Source: Phoronis australis
Taxonomy: Eukaryota > Animalia > Phoronida
Length of the DNA: 64,000 nucleotides
Direction of reading: 5' to 3'
NCBI GenBank assembly: GCA_002633005.1
Contig: NMRA01000241.1
Span: 481,974 to 545,973 of the forward strand
This document shows, piece after piece, positions 1 through 43,800 of this stretch (positions within the stretch are counted from its first letter, which is position 1; the number at the start of each line of letters is the position of its first letter). The position numbers and the translations under genes were made by a program. The notes below the pieces were generated by a model. That model saw nothing but the letters and a program-made list of their open reading frames with translations. It searched no databases and was not told the DNA's origin.

Positions 1-156
1 TAGGGCGCTTAACCGAGAGGTGGGCGCTTAACTGGAAATCTTCAAAAATCACATAGGGGCGGTTAACCGAGCAGTGGGCAGTTAAATCGAAAATCCACCT
101 AAAGTAGGGGATGGGCGGTTAAGTGAACAGGGGCGTTAACCCGAACGTTTACGGTA
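1..156. mobile_element. MITE-like interspersed repeat (right end)
   Basis: near-identical to 61841-61996; internal GGGCG(C/G)TTAAC subrepeats; ends TACGGTA like Tc1/mariner-pogo TA-flanked termini. Confidence 0.65.
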
Positions 157-227
157 TGTATTTTCTTTTCAGCGTGCTTTGAACTTTATTAGTTGCTTGT
201 TCACTGTCATGCCTACATCTCTTTCAG

Positions 228-29499
<29,272 letters not shown>

Positions 29500-32104
29500 A
29501 CCATGACTGACACGTATTACGCAGGGGACTAACATTTAATATCTACCTACTGTATTTTTTGTAAAATGTTACCTTAAAGTTACTCAATTGCTCTATTATT
29601 GTTTTTACTTATTAACATAAGCATTATTGTAGTCGTGTTTGAAGAAATACCTTGAACATCTTATATAGTAACCCCGCTCTTGGGTTTTTGCTGTATCATG
29701 CCCGGTCTTGCAGGCATTGTGGATTAGCAGTGATATGATAAACATCAGGGCTTTGGAGTAGTCCTGTCTTGAGACTGGTGTCAAACCATTGTTGTTGTAC
29801 TGGAGAACAGGTGTGAATTATCTACCTGTGTGGAACATTTGCTGATGAGCAGGCTCTCATTTTTTGACACTTAAGTCATCGACATTGTTTCCCTCATTTT
29901 TTGTGGTACTTAAGGTGTTAAACTAAATTTTCCCAATGTTTTGATACGTGTCTTGATGAATGTGTATCTAGTCTTATTTCCAGTGGCATGTTGTGAGGAT
30001 CATTCTGTTATAGATTGAAGTGTCATTCCTGAGACTTTCTAGGGTTTCACAGTTTTCATTTACACGATGTATTTTATTAGCGAAACGAGTAAACCCAAAA
30101 AGGTGTCAGTATAGAAAGTTTATTCAGCAAATGAGAGTTGGTCTTTTTGTATCGATTTGTTCAATTTAAATTTTACAAGTTGGTGACAGATTATCAAATT
30201 ATGTGTTTTGTTTGTAAAGCCTATAGTTTTAAGCACTTTAACATCAAACGTGATTTTAAGTAACCTTATGTGACGTCAGCGGTTGTGGTACGCTGAAGTT
30301 TGAGATATTGTAACAGTTGTGATTTTCAAGTTTTGCTTGTGGGGCTTGGTGTACTATAAAGGAGTTATTATGCTTACTCAATAGACTTCAATGTAAACTT
30401 GTTTTGTAATTCATCTCAGTATTGCTTAATCTCACCAGCAAGTTTTAATTTTGATAGTGGTCAGTTTTTACAATTTCCACCTGTTTATTGCTTGTCCTTG
30501 TCATGTAAGCAAAAACTTCTACACCATTTGTAGTTGCTTGCATTGGTTTTGCAGTTGTTGCTAATATCTGTGTAATGTCAACCTATGATTGTAATCCCAC
30601 ATGCAAATGAAATTTCCAGAAGTTGTTTAATACCACTCCAATTTTTCAGAATGTAGATTTCCATGTATATAGTGTCAGAGTTTGGAAATGATCTCTTGGC
30701 CGTGTTTCTAAATTCAGGCAGTGATCCCCTTAACCCCAGTTCCAGACCAACAAACACCAAACCCGCGGTACAAATTTCTAGACCCACACCCCTGAACTCC
30801 ATACACACTCTAAAGAAAAACATAACTATCACAACGATGAGATTCACGTTCACTGACTAAATTCCAAATCTTGGTAGCTGTCACTTGAAAATTTAGTTTT
30901 GAGTAATACTGAGCATTTGACATTTTTAATTTTATTAATGCATTTTCTTACTGGTTGCCTATTACACATTTCAACTGGTGTCATCCTAGTGCATGATTAG
31001 TCAGTGTGGAACCGCAATAGTTCAGCAATTTATTTTCTGATATGACACGATTCACAACACTGGTACAGCACAGGACATACACAGCCTCGGCACTAATACT
31101 CTGAAGCCCACTGGTATGGAACATTGTCAGTGTGTTTCTAGAATTTAGGAGTTTGGGTCTGGAGTTGTGTACGTTCCATGGGTTTGGTGTCTGCTGGTCT
31201 AGGACTGGTGTTTACAGGGTTGTAACTGGCGTGTTCATTTCAATCTCTTGATTATTGAAGATATTGGAGTATTTTTATTGAAGTATTAACTTTGGTACAA
31301 GTCGTTATTACATTAATATGTACTGTTGTTGGCCTACAATTACCATGTTTACCGGTGGTAATACAGTAGACAGCCAATGATAGTCATTTTTGTATGAAGT
31401 GCACTTGATGCTTGAGAATTTGTACTTTGAACTTTTGTATCACTTAAATATCCAAGGAATGTTGCAGTTCACTACTTACCTGAGCAAATTGCTTGCTGTA
31501 TGAAGCTTACAGGTTTTTAACTGTAGTCACCTTGCCCAATCGACGCTGCAAGTCAACTACAACAGCCTGGGGGGCCATCTAGTGGTTGTCAGGTCCAAAT
31601 AATTACTGGGCAGAGTCAACTAATTTGATGCGTGAACTTATTTGTGAGAAGAGCCATTGTGTATGCAATGTTGAGTTCTTAAACTAAGATTAGAGATGTA
31701 TTTATTGTTAAAAGGCAGACCTTCATTAGTTATGTGACTTGCACTGTCTGTAATTTCTCTGTATTCTTTGATTGTGTTTGTTGTGGACTAAATATACTTA
31801 GTTTCCCGGAATTGTTTGGTGACTTTATTGGACATGTGCAGAACTGTGTGACACGTGAATTTTGAAATGATGAAAATAAAATAACGAGGCGACACAGAGT
31901 ACATTGAACCCACAAAATAGGAATGTGTCTTTAAGAAAACTTATTTCCCAAATTTCATGGAAATCCATCAAGAAATAAGCTGAATTGACACTAAGGGGGG
32001 CCACTGTACTTAAACCCATACAAAAATCAATGTAAGCTATGCTAGTCTTGATGAAATAAAATTTCATACTGATCCTTCAAGTGTTTTGTCGATAGGCAAG
32101 ACGC

Positions 32105-32715
32105 AAAAACAACGTGTGCATCTCACTATAGTGCAGATACTAGGATAATGTGCGCATCGCATGTAGTGCAGATACAAGAACATGTGCATCACATATAGTG
32201 CAGAGACAAGAACATGTGCATCGCATGTAGTGCAGATGCAAGAACATGTACATCACATACAGTGGAGATACAAGAACGTGTGTATCACCTATACTGCAGA
32301 TACAAGAACGTGTGCATCACATATAGTGCAGATACAAGAACATGTGCATCACATAGTGCAGATACAAGAACGTGTGCATCACATAGTGCAGATACAAGAA
32401 TGTGTGCATCACATATAGTGCAGATACAAGAACATGTGCATCACAAATAGTGTAGATACAAAAACGTGAGCATCACATACAGTGCAAATATAAGAATGTG
32501 TGCATCATATATAATGCAGATATAAGAACGTGTGCATCACATATAGTACAGATTCAAGAACGTGTGCATCACATATAGTGCAGATACAAGAACGTGTGCA
32601 TCACATATAGTGCAGATACAAGAACGTGTGCATCACATATAGTGCAGATACAAGAACGTGTGCATTACATATAGAGCAGATACATGAACGTGAGCAACGC
32701 ATATAGAGCAGACAC
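32105..32715. repeat. about 31-bp minisatellite
   Basis: GTGCAGATACAAGAACGTGTGCATCACATATA. Confidence 0.9.
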
Positions 32716-33919
32716 AATTTATGATCCGTATTTCGAACATTCCCACTAAAGGAAACAATTGCCAATGTGGGATGCACAGCGTTTCAACAATGCTTTCCTC
32801 AATACGAACACACTTGCCAACGTCAAAAAAACTAAAATTGCCACTAGGGGTCACAATCCTAGTCAAATGCGTACATAAGTCGTCATCATCCATTGTCCTC
32901 TTCTCAGAAATACACTTGCCAAATTTTACAAAGATCCTGCAGGGGTTTAGGAAAACAGCTACGGAGGTGAAAAAGCAAAACTGCCACTAGGGGGTGCCAC
33001 AGCAGTTGAAAATGTCCAAAAATCAATGTCGACCATCCTCTTTACCATAGGATCACATACACCAATTTTCATAATAACAATAATCAAAGGCAGCCACTAG
33101 GAGTCATGTACTTAGTCAGGGGTGTCGTCACCCCATTGAGCCCTGTTTGTAAAATTTCATTAAAAATCTGTCAAGACACTCCAAAGATAGAGAAAAAGCA
33201 GAAAAAAGTAAAATAACAAGGAGGCACACCGGCAGTCGGATACACTCAAAAGTTGCCGTCATCTGTAGTCACCTTCATTCAAATACACTTGCCAAATTTA
33301 GCTCACATCCAAAATACAGCACATCCATTGACAACAGGAAGGTAGAATCATCTCTCTAACAGATACTTATTTGCCAAATTTCATGAAACTTTCTTAACCG
33401 GACAGGCGCTCATCACCAGACACTAGACAGAACAACAAACAATGCCTGCAGCATAATGAACTCTTACACAAATACGTGGGTGCATAAAAGGGCCAGTAGG
33501 GAGGGGGTGCAGATTACATAGAATCTTTCAGAAAAATGAGATGTCATCGTCTACAAGGTAGAAACAAAATTGCCAAAATTCATGAAAAACCGCCACGCAA
33601 TTGTATATACAGAGGCTAATGTAAAAAAATTATTGGGGGGCAAAGCGTCAGTCGAATCCATCCAAACATTTGTTTGTGCCGTTTCATTCGTGGATGGAGT
33701 ATTCAAGGCTTCATCTACAAGTAGCAATGGACGACATGGTTCTACCAAATCCCAGAGTTAGGACGTTAAACTGTAGTAAGATACCAGAGTTTGCATATAA
33801 TAGATATCTTATGAAAGTCACCATGGTAACATAATGATACCTAATAATTACACCTGCAACAAAATAGTCTTTCTGACTCTGGCTTTAACCAAGATCCTCT
33901 GCACTTCATGCATTCAGTC

Positions 33920-34505
33920 TAGTCCACTGAGCCAGTAGGACAAATCATGAGATGGTGATAGTTCACTGAGCCAGTAGGACAAGTCATGAGATGGTGACAG
34001 TTCACTGAGCCAGTAGGACATGTCATGAGATGGTGACAGTCCACTGAGCCAGTATGACAAGTCCTGGGATGGTGATAGTTCACTGAGCCAGTAGGATATG
34101 TTGTGAGATGGTGACAGTCCACTGAGCCAGTAGGACATGTCATAAGATGGTGACAGTCCACTGATCCAGTAGGATAAGTCATGAGATGGTGATAGTTCAA
34201 TGAGCCGGTAGGACATGTCATGAGATGGTGATAATTCACTGAGCCAGTAGGATATGTCATGAGATGGTGACAGTCCACTGAGCCAGTAGGACAAATCATG
34301 AGATGATGATAGTTCACTGAGCCAGTAGGACAAGTCATGAGATGGTGATAGTTCACTGGGTCATTAAGACATGTCATGAGATGGTGTCAGTCCACTGAGT
34401 CAGTAGGACATGTCATGAGATGGTGATAGTTCACTGGGTCATTAAGACATGTCATGAGATGGTGACAGTCACTGAGCCACTAGGACATGTCATGAGATGG
34501 TGACC
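33920..34505. repeat. 42-bp minisatellite
   Basis: CACTGAGCCAGTAGGACATGTCATGAGATGGTGACAGT(C/T). Confidence 0.9.
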
Positions 34506-34662
34506 AAGTCGCACGAGGTATCTAATTGATCTTACAAATGACATTTGCGGAAACACAACCCTAAGTGCTGAACTAACACCCCCATGTGCTGAACTGAGAA
34601 CAGAAAAACTAGTCTACGTTAAAATTTTCATCAGCTTTATTGCTTCATTACTAAACTCGTTG

Positions 34663-34824
34663 TCACCTTTTCATAAACTTTGCAATAAAAAAACCTAGAG
34701 TGTCATTATCAACAGTCCCAAGGTCAATTTGTGACAGACAGGAGGGGTCAAATCTTTGAAGAAGGGGGAGCTGTTCAGTGGCCAGTTGTGACCCCTCCAG
34801 ACCATCTCCTCCCAGCTTGGGTTC
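34663..34824 (-). CDS. NSUN6: NSUN6 last exon (LQRFDP…DTLGFFIAKFMKR*)
   Basis: conserved C-terminus; AATAAA on minus at 34636-34641. Confidence 0.92.
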   Translation of the reverse strand, partial: EPKLGGDGLEGSQLATEQLPLLQRFDPSCLSQIDLGTVDNDTLGFFIAKFMKR

Positions 34825-37800
34825 CTGAAAATGTAAAGAATTAAGACTAGAGGGTGAAGATAGCATTTCCATTTCAAAAAAACTAGCTTCTGCAGGCCAT
34901 GTGGTGCAAAAATGATGAGAAAAAAAACAGTTAAATCTCAACAAGTATTGCTGCAAAATTAATAACTGAGGTAAAAAGAAGTAAGTCCCATCAAACAGTT
35001 TATTAGTTCAGACATTCAAATTCTGACTTGCAAACACCGAGTCTAAATGTATACAGGAATAGTACTCAAACCCTTGCCATAGGCCTCGGAACATTTACTG
35101 TGAGAGGCCAATCATTGTCACTCTCCACAAAACATCAAACACTGCAAGAACTCTTGCCACACACCTCAGGAATTCTGAGCATACACAAAGAATCCTGATC
35201 ACAGAAGCTGAACACCAGTTGTTCAAATTCAGTGTACCTGCGGCTGGTTGTAGATGACGACAGGAGGTAAAACGTGTTTGTGTGTGGCAGAGTTCTTGTG
35301 ATTCACAGTAAGTCTCAAGTGTTCCTTTAAACTTAGTAAGAAATATGCTTTGAACACCAAACTGAATGATGAAACATAGAGCAGTCTAGCTATAACAAAA
35401 CTTGATGGTAATACAGCCAAAGAGGTAACACGCAGCCCAACTACACTGTACCTGAGACACAAGCGCCATCTGGGGATGTTTTCGCAAGGCCCACTCCACT
35501 AGCTCTTCATTCTCAGCCAGTGTTAGTGTACAGGTGCTGTAGACTAGGATGCCCCCTGGCTTGACTAGTGAAACAGCCTACAATGACATGCTAACAGAAA
35601 TTTTCTGCATGAATAACTTGACACTGGAAACTTAAACAAACAACATTAATTGTTATAGAGTGAAACATACATACACATGAAAACGTTCAGTTTCAATTTA
35701 CCAAAAGATACGCCATGTTAAACTCTATTCTTCTTTAACATTTGGAATATCCTTCTCCTTACAGCACCAAACACCATCAAGTTGAGAACATTGGCGGACA
35801 TCACCCAGGAGACTAATTGTTGTTACTTAGAATTTATTAACAAGTGCATATACAGAAACGTGCAGGTTAAAAAAGTCAAAAACACTGAGCTTATGTTTGA
35901 CAATGATCTGAGTTGCTGATGTTGCTGTGGAAAGCAATAACAGAGGGAGCCATTAGTGTCTTGGCTTGGATGATTCCACAGTCTAATGGTATACGAGAAG
36001 CCTGTGGAGGTGAACAGTTTGCCTACATGGGAGATACGAAAGGAAAGTAAGTGATTGTGCCTAGAAGAGCACCGAGAAAGTGGTGAGGGTATCAAGTAGT
36101 CTGCACCTTTGACTGCAATGCTTGTTCAACAATACCTTAATTAAACAAAAATGGTGTACCAAGCTACAAACACGGAACTATCTATAGTAAGTTTCTTGCA
36201 CTGCCTCTCTTATTAGTCTCCATGGACTTTTTGAGATTGGACAGCACTTCGTCATCAGCAGCAGAAACAATATTTGTTACATTTCAACACTAACCCGTGA
36301 GTGTCCTCTAGTACTTAAGGTAAGGCATGACTTCAGTCATTGTCATCACACTAACCTGTGAGAAGAGTCTCCTCTGGTACTTGGGGCAAGACATGAGTTC
36401 ATTCATTGTCATCACACTAACCTGTGAGAAGAGTCTCCTCTGGTACTTGGGGTAAGACACAAGTTCATTCATTGTCATCTTGTTCTTCAATGATGGCCTC
36501 TGACCTAGAGCACTACACGGAGTGTCTAGGAGGATACGATCAAAGCTGTTGGGGCCAAACGGAGGGCCAGAGCTGAGGTCTGCGTGAAAATTAATAATAG
36601 TCACCAACACTTGACTGCAAACACAATTCACACAAGTACCAGGAATCTTACAATTGCTATTGAGCACCACTTACTATAGTAAATCCATGCATGTACGATT
36701 TTCTACCTTTTTAAGTTGTGTAGGTCTACGTAATTTCCAACAAATCATCATTTGAAGTATGTGTATAAGGAACTGTAAAACCGTGCCGTACATTAGTTTT
36801 GCATCATTTTTACTCATAATTTGACGAAACTGCCATTACACGTTTTAAGACAATAATTACAGTAATTGTTTCCCCTGTACATTTGTTTCTACCATACACA
36901 AGTGCATGTGTTTGATCTCAAGTTGGTCACTGCGTTTTCTTAGTTAAAATGGAACACAGAAAATGGTTTCTTCTAAAATGTTGCAGGTATAATTACTGGA
37001 GGCAAGGGGAATATATTTACTATATAATTGAAAAAGTATTTGTGGACATGTCAGATGACACTGTATTTGTGGACACATCAGATGACATTGTATTTGTGGA
37101 CATGTCAGATGACACTGTATTTGTGGACATGTCAGATGACACTGTATTTGTAGATATGTCAGATGACACTGTAGTTGTGGACATGTCCGATGACACTGTA
37201 TTTGTGGACATGTCAGATGACACTGTATTTGTGGACATGACAGATGACACTGTATTTATGGACACCTCAGATGACACTGTATTTGTAGACACATCAGATA
37301 ACACTATTCGATCAGACAAGACAGTATTTCAATGACACTACCTATGGACTGTACATCAGGATCACACGCCTTGGTGCTGTCATACGCAAATGCTTGGATT
37401 GACTGTAGACTCCAGCGCCTTGCATTGCCCTTTATCTGACCTATCTTTTGCTTGGCCTTATCTAATGCTATGACAACACCAGTGTCAGACATCAGAGTCG
37501 CAATATGGTTGGTCTTACCCCCTGAAAATTGACAAAAAAGTCAACTAAAACAATCATCTTTATTAATATATGGGTTGAAAGTAGACAGTGGAATATCTGG
37601 GTTATTCACAACAAAATGTGGAAAAACTACTATACCAAATTCAACAATGTTGAATATTAAATAATGTAGACCTCACTACGGGTAATAGTCACTATTTGCT
37701 ACAAAGTGAAACACAATAAGAGCCACAACTAACAATCCTTCAGTTGTACAAGAACCATTTTGTTTTTCTCAATGAAAGTTCATTAAACCACTCAGTTTAT

Positions 37801-40800
37801 TAGAATAATATGTTGAATAACACTTATGTAGAAACAGAATCAAACCTGTGATCAAGTTCTACACTGAAATTATTAAAATTGCATAGGCATAAACAAGCGC
37901 CACCGTTAGATCATTTAGTTTACCTCACTTCTGTTCAAATCACATAATACACACCAGACAGTTTTTTTACAGACAGTGTTTGCTGAATACGTAATATATA
38001 GCACATCTTATCACCATACAAGGCAATGTAAAGCACATTTCATTGCCTAATAACACAATTTAGGTACACCAGTTTGCTAAAGAGTTACTGCTGGCATATA
38101 GAATGCTTTACATAATGTACAAAAACACTGAAATGCGTAAACATTTAACGCCTTTTTGGAGGGCCAAAATATGCAACTTCAAACTGAGATGAAGTTGTGA
38201 CTGTGCCTTACGGGGGCAGCATTCAAATAACTACTTGCCTGGTGCAGCACACATATCTAGGATTGTCTCCCCTGGTTGTGGATTGAGAACATGGCTGCAG
38301 ACAATGGAAGGGAGGTTCTGTGCAAACACTTTGTCCAGCAGCAGATCAGAAAGGCAAGGTGCGCTGTACAGAGGACTTGTCATCAGGACACCCACACCGC
38401 TGAACACAAAAGGACCAACAGTCAAATTCACATTCAAAGTTTTGTATTAAAAGCGAGTGAATACTGCGACATCGTCCAAATCAACATTTCACACTAAGAG
38501 GTCTTCCTGTGCATCCATAATTACACTAAACGCGACTTCCACTAATGCCCAACCCCTTTAATTTCAAAATAAAATCATAATAAAATTCTTCGAAAAATAA
38601 TTCTTTGAAAAATAAAGACTTCTAATTACTCTGCATGCAATAGATGCAAGAAAGGCAAACTTAAGATAGGGTCCGCTTTAAGCGTCAATAAACTATAATA
38701 AAAACAATTTTCATAAACAATTAGTAGAAAGTTTTACAATTTTAATTACCAAGAATACATTAAACTTAAAATAGAAACTAAAAACTTGTGAGATCACATG
38801 TCTTCATTTAAAAATCATCAAGACAACAATTAAACCCCATTTACAGGTATATACGTAATTCAGAAACAGATTTCACATTTTGCGGTGTGGTGAGATGTTA
38901 ACAATGTCACATCACTGTACACACCTGACCATAGTCCCATCACAATAGGCCAGACCCCAGGCCCATCACAGTACACACCTGACCACAGGCCGATCACAGT
39001 ACACACCTGACAACTTGCCCATCACAATACACACCTGACCACAGTCCCATTACAGTACACATCTGATCACAGGCCCGTCACAGTACACACCTGACCACAG
39101 TCCCATCACAGTATACACCTGACTGCAGTCCCGTCACAGCACAGACCTGACCGCAGGCCCATCACAGTACACACCTGACCGCAGGCCCATCACAGTACAC
39201 ACCTGACCGCAGACCCATCACAGTACACACTTGACCGCAGGCCCACCACAGTACACACCTGACCGCAGGCCCACCACAGTACACACCTGACCACAGGCCC
39301 ATCACAGTACACACCTGACCACAGGCCCATCACAGTACAGTTCCTTCCTACTCAGCTGTGCTACTCCATTTCCAACAAATAACTTGCGACCATCAAATGC
39401 TTTCACCAGTCCCTTTTTGCACGTGCCATCAATGTCAGCGTACACAGAAACTGGATCTCCCTTAGCGACATCTGTTGACAGAGGCAAGAAACTTGATTCA
39501 AGATGCACAACACTTTTACTGGAATGGAATCTATACAAGAAATAGTAAAATGAAAGCGCTCTGAGGAGCGAAACTTGGCGAAATTAACCAAAAAGATGAC
39601 GATAAAGATGATGACGAAGATGACGATGATGGTAGCGAGGATGAACTAAAGAAGTAATAATAACATAAACATGACGAAGGTAGAAGTCCGAAATCAGAAA
39701 GAAAAAGGCTACAGGCTTGTGCGACACTTGGCGAAATTAACGGAAAAGACAACGACGGAGATGATGACGAAGATGATGACGAATATGATGATGGTGGTGG
39801 CGATGATGAACAACATCACAACATTCATATGATGAACATAGATGTCATAAATCAATAAGAAATAGGCTACAGTCTAGTTCAATAGAAGATAAACCAACAT
39901 CAATGCAGCAAGAGCGCTCAACAAAGGAACAGCGTTATCAGAAAATCTCAAATAACTCAAAAAGTAGACGTCCTAGCGAAAAATGGAAAACATCTTCTGA
40001 AAGCCCGTTCAAAATTCTATCTAAACTGATGGTATCGACTAATTCTGTAAATTTTTCGAAAAAAAATGAAATTTTGCGTTTTTTTAAGAAATTCAAAGTC
40101 AAATAACTCGAAAACGGTAAGTCTGAGAAAAAAATTGTTACAGGCCATTTGAAAGATTATACTTCAAAGAATCTTCATGCAAAAAATCACGTTTTTTTCT
40201 CTTCCCGTTTAAAATCGCACCCCAGACGACTGAAAATGGGTCAACATGCGCCAGATCCGCCATCTTGACAGCAACTTCCGGTTTTTCAGCTTAGTATAAT
40301 AGCATGTTATGAGAAACTAATACCTGAGTGTAAAAATTCGAAGGAATTGGTTTGATAATGCGCCCTCTAGAGGAGAAAACGTTTTTAGGCCATAATCGAG
40401 GTGCGCATGCGCGATCGCCGATATTTCCGCCATCTTTAACCGGAAGTAAACAATTTCCGGTATACTTGTAGCAAACTTCCGGTCCATTTACTGTGTCGAT
40501 TCTTAGCCTTTTACGTAAAAAATTGTAGCCTCCAGAAGCATTTGAACCTTTAAATGGAAACAAAATGGCCGCCACAGCCGCCATCTTGGATCCGATTTTG
40601 ACGAAAAACAATAGGCTTCCAGTACTTCTGGAAGTACGTGTTGTGNATTGCTTGTAAGTGTGGAATATTGTAGTTATATATTCTTACAATAAACCTACGT
40701 ATTATTCACCAACTTTTAGTTTTCAACATCACCCTCAGTCCGCACCGGGCTCGTAAAATCGGGGCGCCTTGGTCGTAGATACCGCCCCCGTTACAGAAGC

Positions 40801-43800
40801 AAGGCTTTATCTCATCGTACTGTGGTCTTGTTTCACCGCATTATGTAGCGTACACACTATACACACTTCACTATCATGATCTAGTAATGACCCAACATGA
40901 CTCATCATTCTAGCTGATGGTCAAGCACACTGGAGCTCAGCCATCATGACTGGGAATTCTGGGTCATTTTGTTTTATTATTTCATCATACATTCAAATAC
41001 CAATCAAAAGACTTGTGGTCTAATCTTGTTCTAATCATTTGTTGACACCACAGATCATGCCAAAGTCGGAAGTTATTTCAGTCAGCGTGCACGTTCATAA
41101 CAGGTAGATGTAACCTATTTGAAGTCGTTTTGGTTAAATTTTGCATATTTCACTACTGCCTTTAGAAGCCATTTTGCACTTTTTCTATCAAACTTCATGA
41201 TAATGAATAACAATTCTTCAAACTTTAAGTGTTATATAGAGAGCAAGAGCCTAAAATGTCAGCCTTTTCTCCCACTTTCTTGTTTTGATAATAGTACTCA
41301 ATGGCTGATGCCAGACTTTCATGGCGACAACTTGCCACGTGACTTGAGTAATGCTGCCAGAAAAAAGTGATAATAACAATACCACATCAATTCAGCTAAT
41401 AAGACACGCACGGTGTTTGCTTTGGGTTAATTGCTCACAGAGTCACACTTCTAGTGTGAAGAATAAAATTTAACTTCAAAGTAAAATATGCCAAACTGAT
41501 CAAAAATGCCTTCACATTCTCTTTTAATAAGTTGTTCTATGAAGCCCACAGTAGTCTGTTCTATGAAGCCCACAGTAGTCTGTTCTATGAAGCACACAGT
41601 AGTCTGTTCTATGAAGTCTACAGTAGTCTGTTCCTGATAACACCATTCAAAACATTATAACTCAAATCGTGGCCAATGACTGGATGTGTATTCTCACTTC
41701 TATATCATTAAATGTACGCACCCCACACCAAATTCCTTTTGGATAATACCAAGGTTCTACTTTACTTCCTTTGCACTCAACCTCTACAAAAGAAATAACT
41801 CTAAGGAGTAGGAAACATATTTGTGCAATGTCCACTTGTCCACTAGAGACACTATAAGTAGAGTAAGTTTCCCAAGTGGTACTCCAGAGATCAAAGCACT
41901 AGGCTTCAACCTAAACTCTATTCAGACGGACACCCATGCCAACAGAAACACATCTATACCTGCACCAGCTCCCATAATGCCCTGTGCAAACACGTCTGCT
42001 CCTCTCATGACCGCCATTCCACAAACTAGGTCAACAATCACCTCCTTAGCGTGCTGCAATAAAACAATTCAACATTTGCTCTGCTTGCATCAATCATTAT
42101 ACCAGGCTATTCAGGACATATCAGTCATTTCTTCTCTCCAACCATCATCAGGTGAGCAGTGAGCAGTACTGTCACGCATCACCATTGCTATTTAGCAACT
42201 GATGGCCACTGCCAGAATTCGAACCTATCGTCTAACTCTTTAAATTCACAATTTCTCTATGTTGCAATCACCTATACTTAAATGGCTACGTACCCTCTCT
42301 AAGTTTACGTGTGGGCCAGAGTTCTTCATGAACACAACGTCTGGCAAACTGAGATGAAAAGACACAACAGGAGGAGTGGAACATTTGGCTTCATATTGCT
42401 GAAAGCAGATTCTCATTTGTTCAATAAACAATACATAATAGACTAATATACACACATAAGTGCCCAACGGCACTATTATAGTAATTTGTATGCAAGTGTA
42501 GAATGTCATCAAATCAATGAACACAACTTCAGTGGGTCAAAAATATCACAGTAACTTCACGATTGTCAGGGCTCTTTGCATGGGCGGGGCAACACTGAAG
42601 TAAGTGGGGAGCTATAGCCCCCCCCCTCCAGCCCCCTATGGTGCACCGCCCGTGCTTTGTGACTGAGTAGAATTCAAGCAAGAGAAGCAGCCAAATTCTT
42701 TAAAAAGCTGAAAAAGTAGGTCATTCGACAATATGCACATATTCTTATAACAACAACACCCATTCTCACAGATACTGATTTTAAGGGCCTCATTCAGATT
42801 TTCATCTTGCAGCGTCTAATAAATGCTTAAATCATGCAAATATCTTTATTGGACAGAACAGTTTGACTACATCATGACAATAGTATTAAGCACCTTTTCC
42901 AGAGCCTCTTGAAGTTTCTTGGTCACATTTTCCCGAGAGCTTTGCAAATTGTTCACACGCAGGACAGTGTAACTAGGGGGGGTGGCCAAATTGTTCAGCA
43001 ACTTATCCAACAGAGAGCGCTGTCCATCAGGTACCTGCAAATAATCAAATACCCGATGCAAATGCAATGAACAATATTTAATAACCAGGGGTGTGATTCG
43101 GAATGCCAGGGGACTGTATTCCTTTACTCCACTAACCCTGAAGTTGTACCTCCGCTCACTTTGCACAAACGTACTGTCCTAGAAGATGAACCTCCCCTCA
43201 CCTTGTACAGACATACTGTCCTAGAAGATGAACCTCGCCTCACCTTGTACAGACATACTGTCCTAGAAGATGAACTTCCCCTCACCTTGTAAAGACATAT
43301 TGTCCTAGAATTAAAGGTGTAACAAACCTATGCTTACTGAAAAGCCAAAAAAGCAAACTTGTTTCTGGTCTTTACCTAGGCTCATTTACTAAGACAACAC
43401 CAGCCTACATCAATATCACCCCAGGTTTCATGTTGTTTTGAAAAGCTCTACAAATGCATATATGCAAGGTTTGAAATTGCGTGTTCAGTCAAGCAAATAG
43501 TAAAAAAACACATTGTCTCAGATGAATTTGCTTTTTGAAGAAGTGAATAACTAAAAAAAACAGCACATCACTGACAACATTTTCAAAAAAACACTAACCA
43601 CAACAAACTAAGCTTTTTGACCTTATGCAATCACTCGTATCATGACTTAGGTTTTTAACATACAACTAACTTACCAGATGTGGAAGTTTCAAAATTTGAA
43701 AGTTAAGACAAATCTTAAACTTACGTCAAAAATTAACTTAACTTAATTCAGTGTCTTGGCACAAGGCTTATAAATTTTGCCATCAATGGCAAGTTTGTAT

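Noticed and set aside
33914-34377. Repetitive His/Cys-rich ORFs (also 12102-12581, 32182-32450, 36949-37335)
   Set aside because: They are translations of minisatellites, with no splice context or recognisable domain.
39590-39810. Asp-rich coding-like stretch
   Set aside because: Low-complexity (GAT/GAC)n tract with stops, antisense within an NSUN6 intron; no splice signals.
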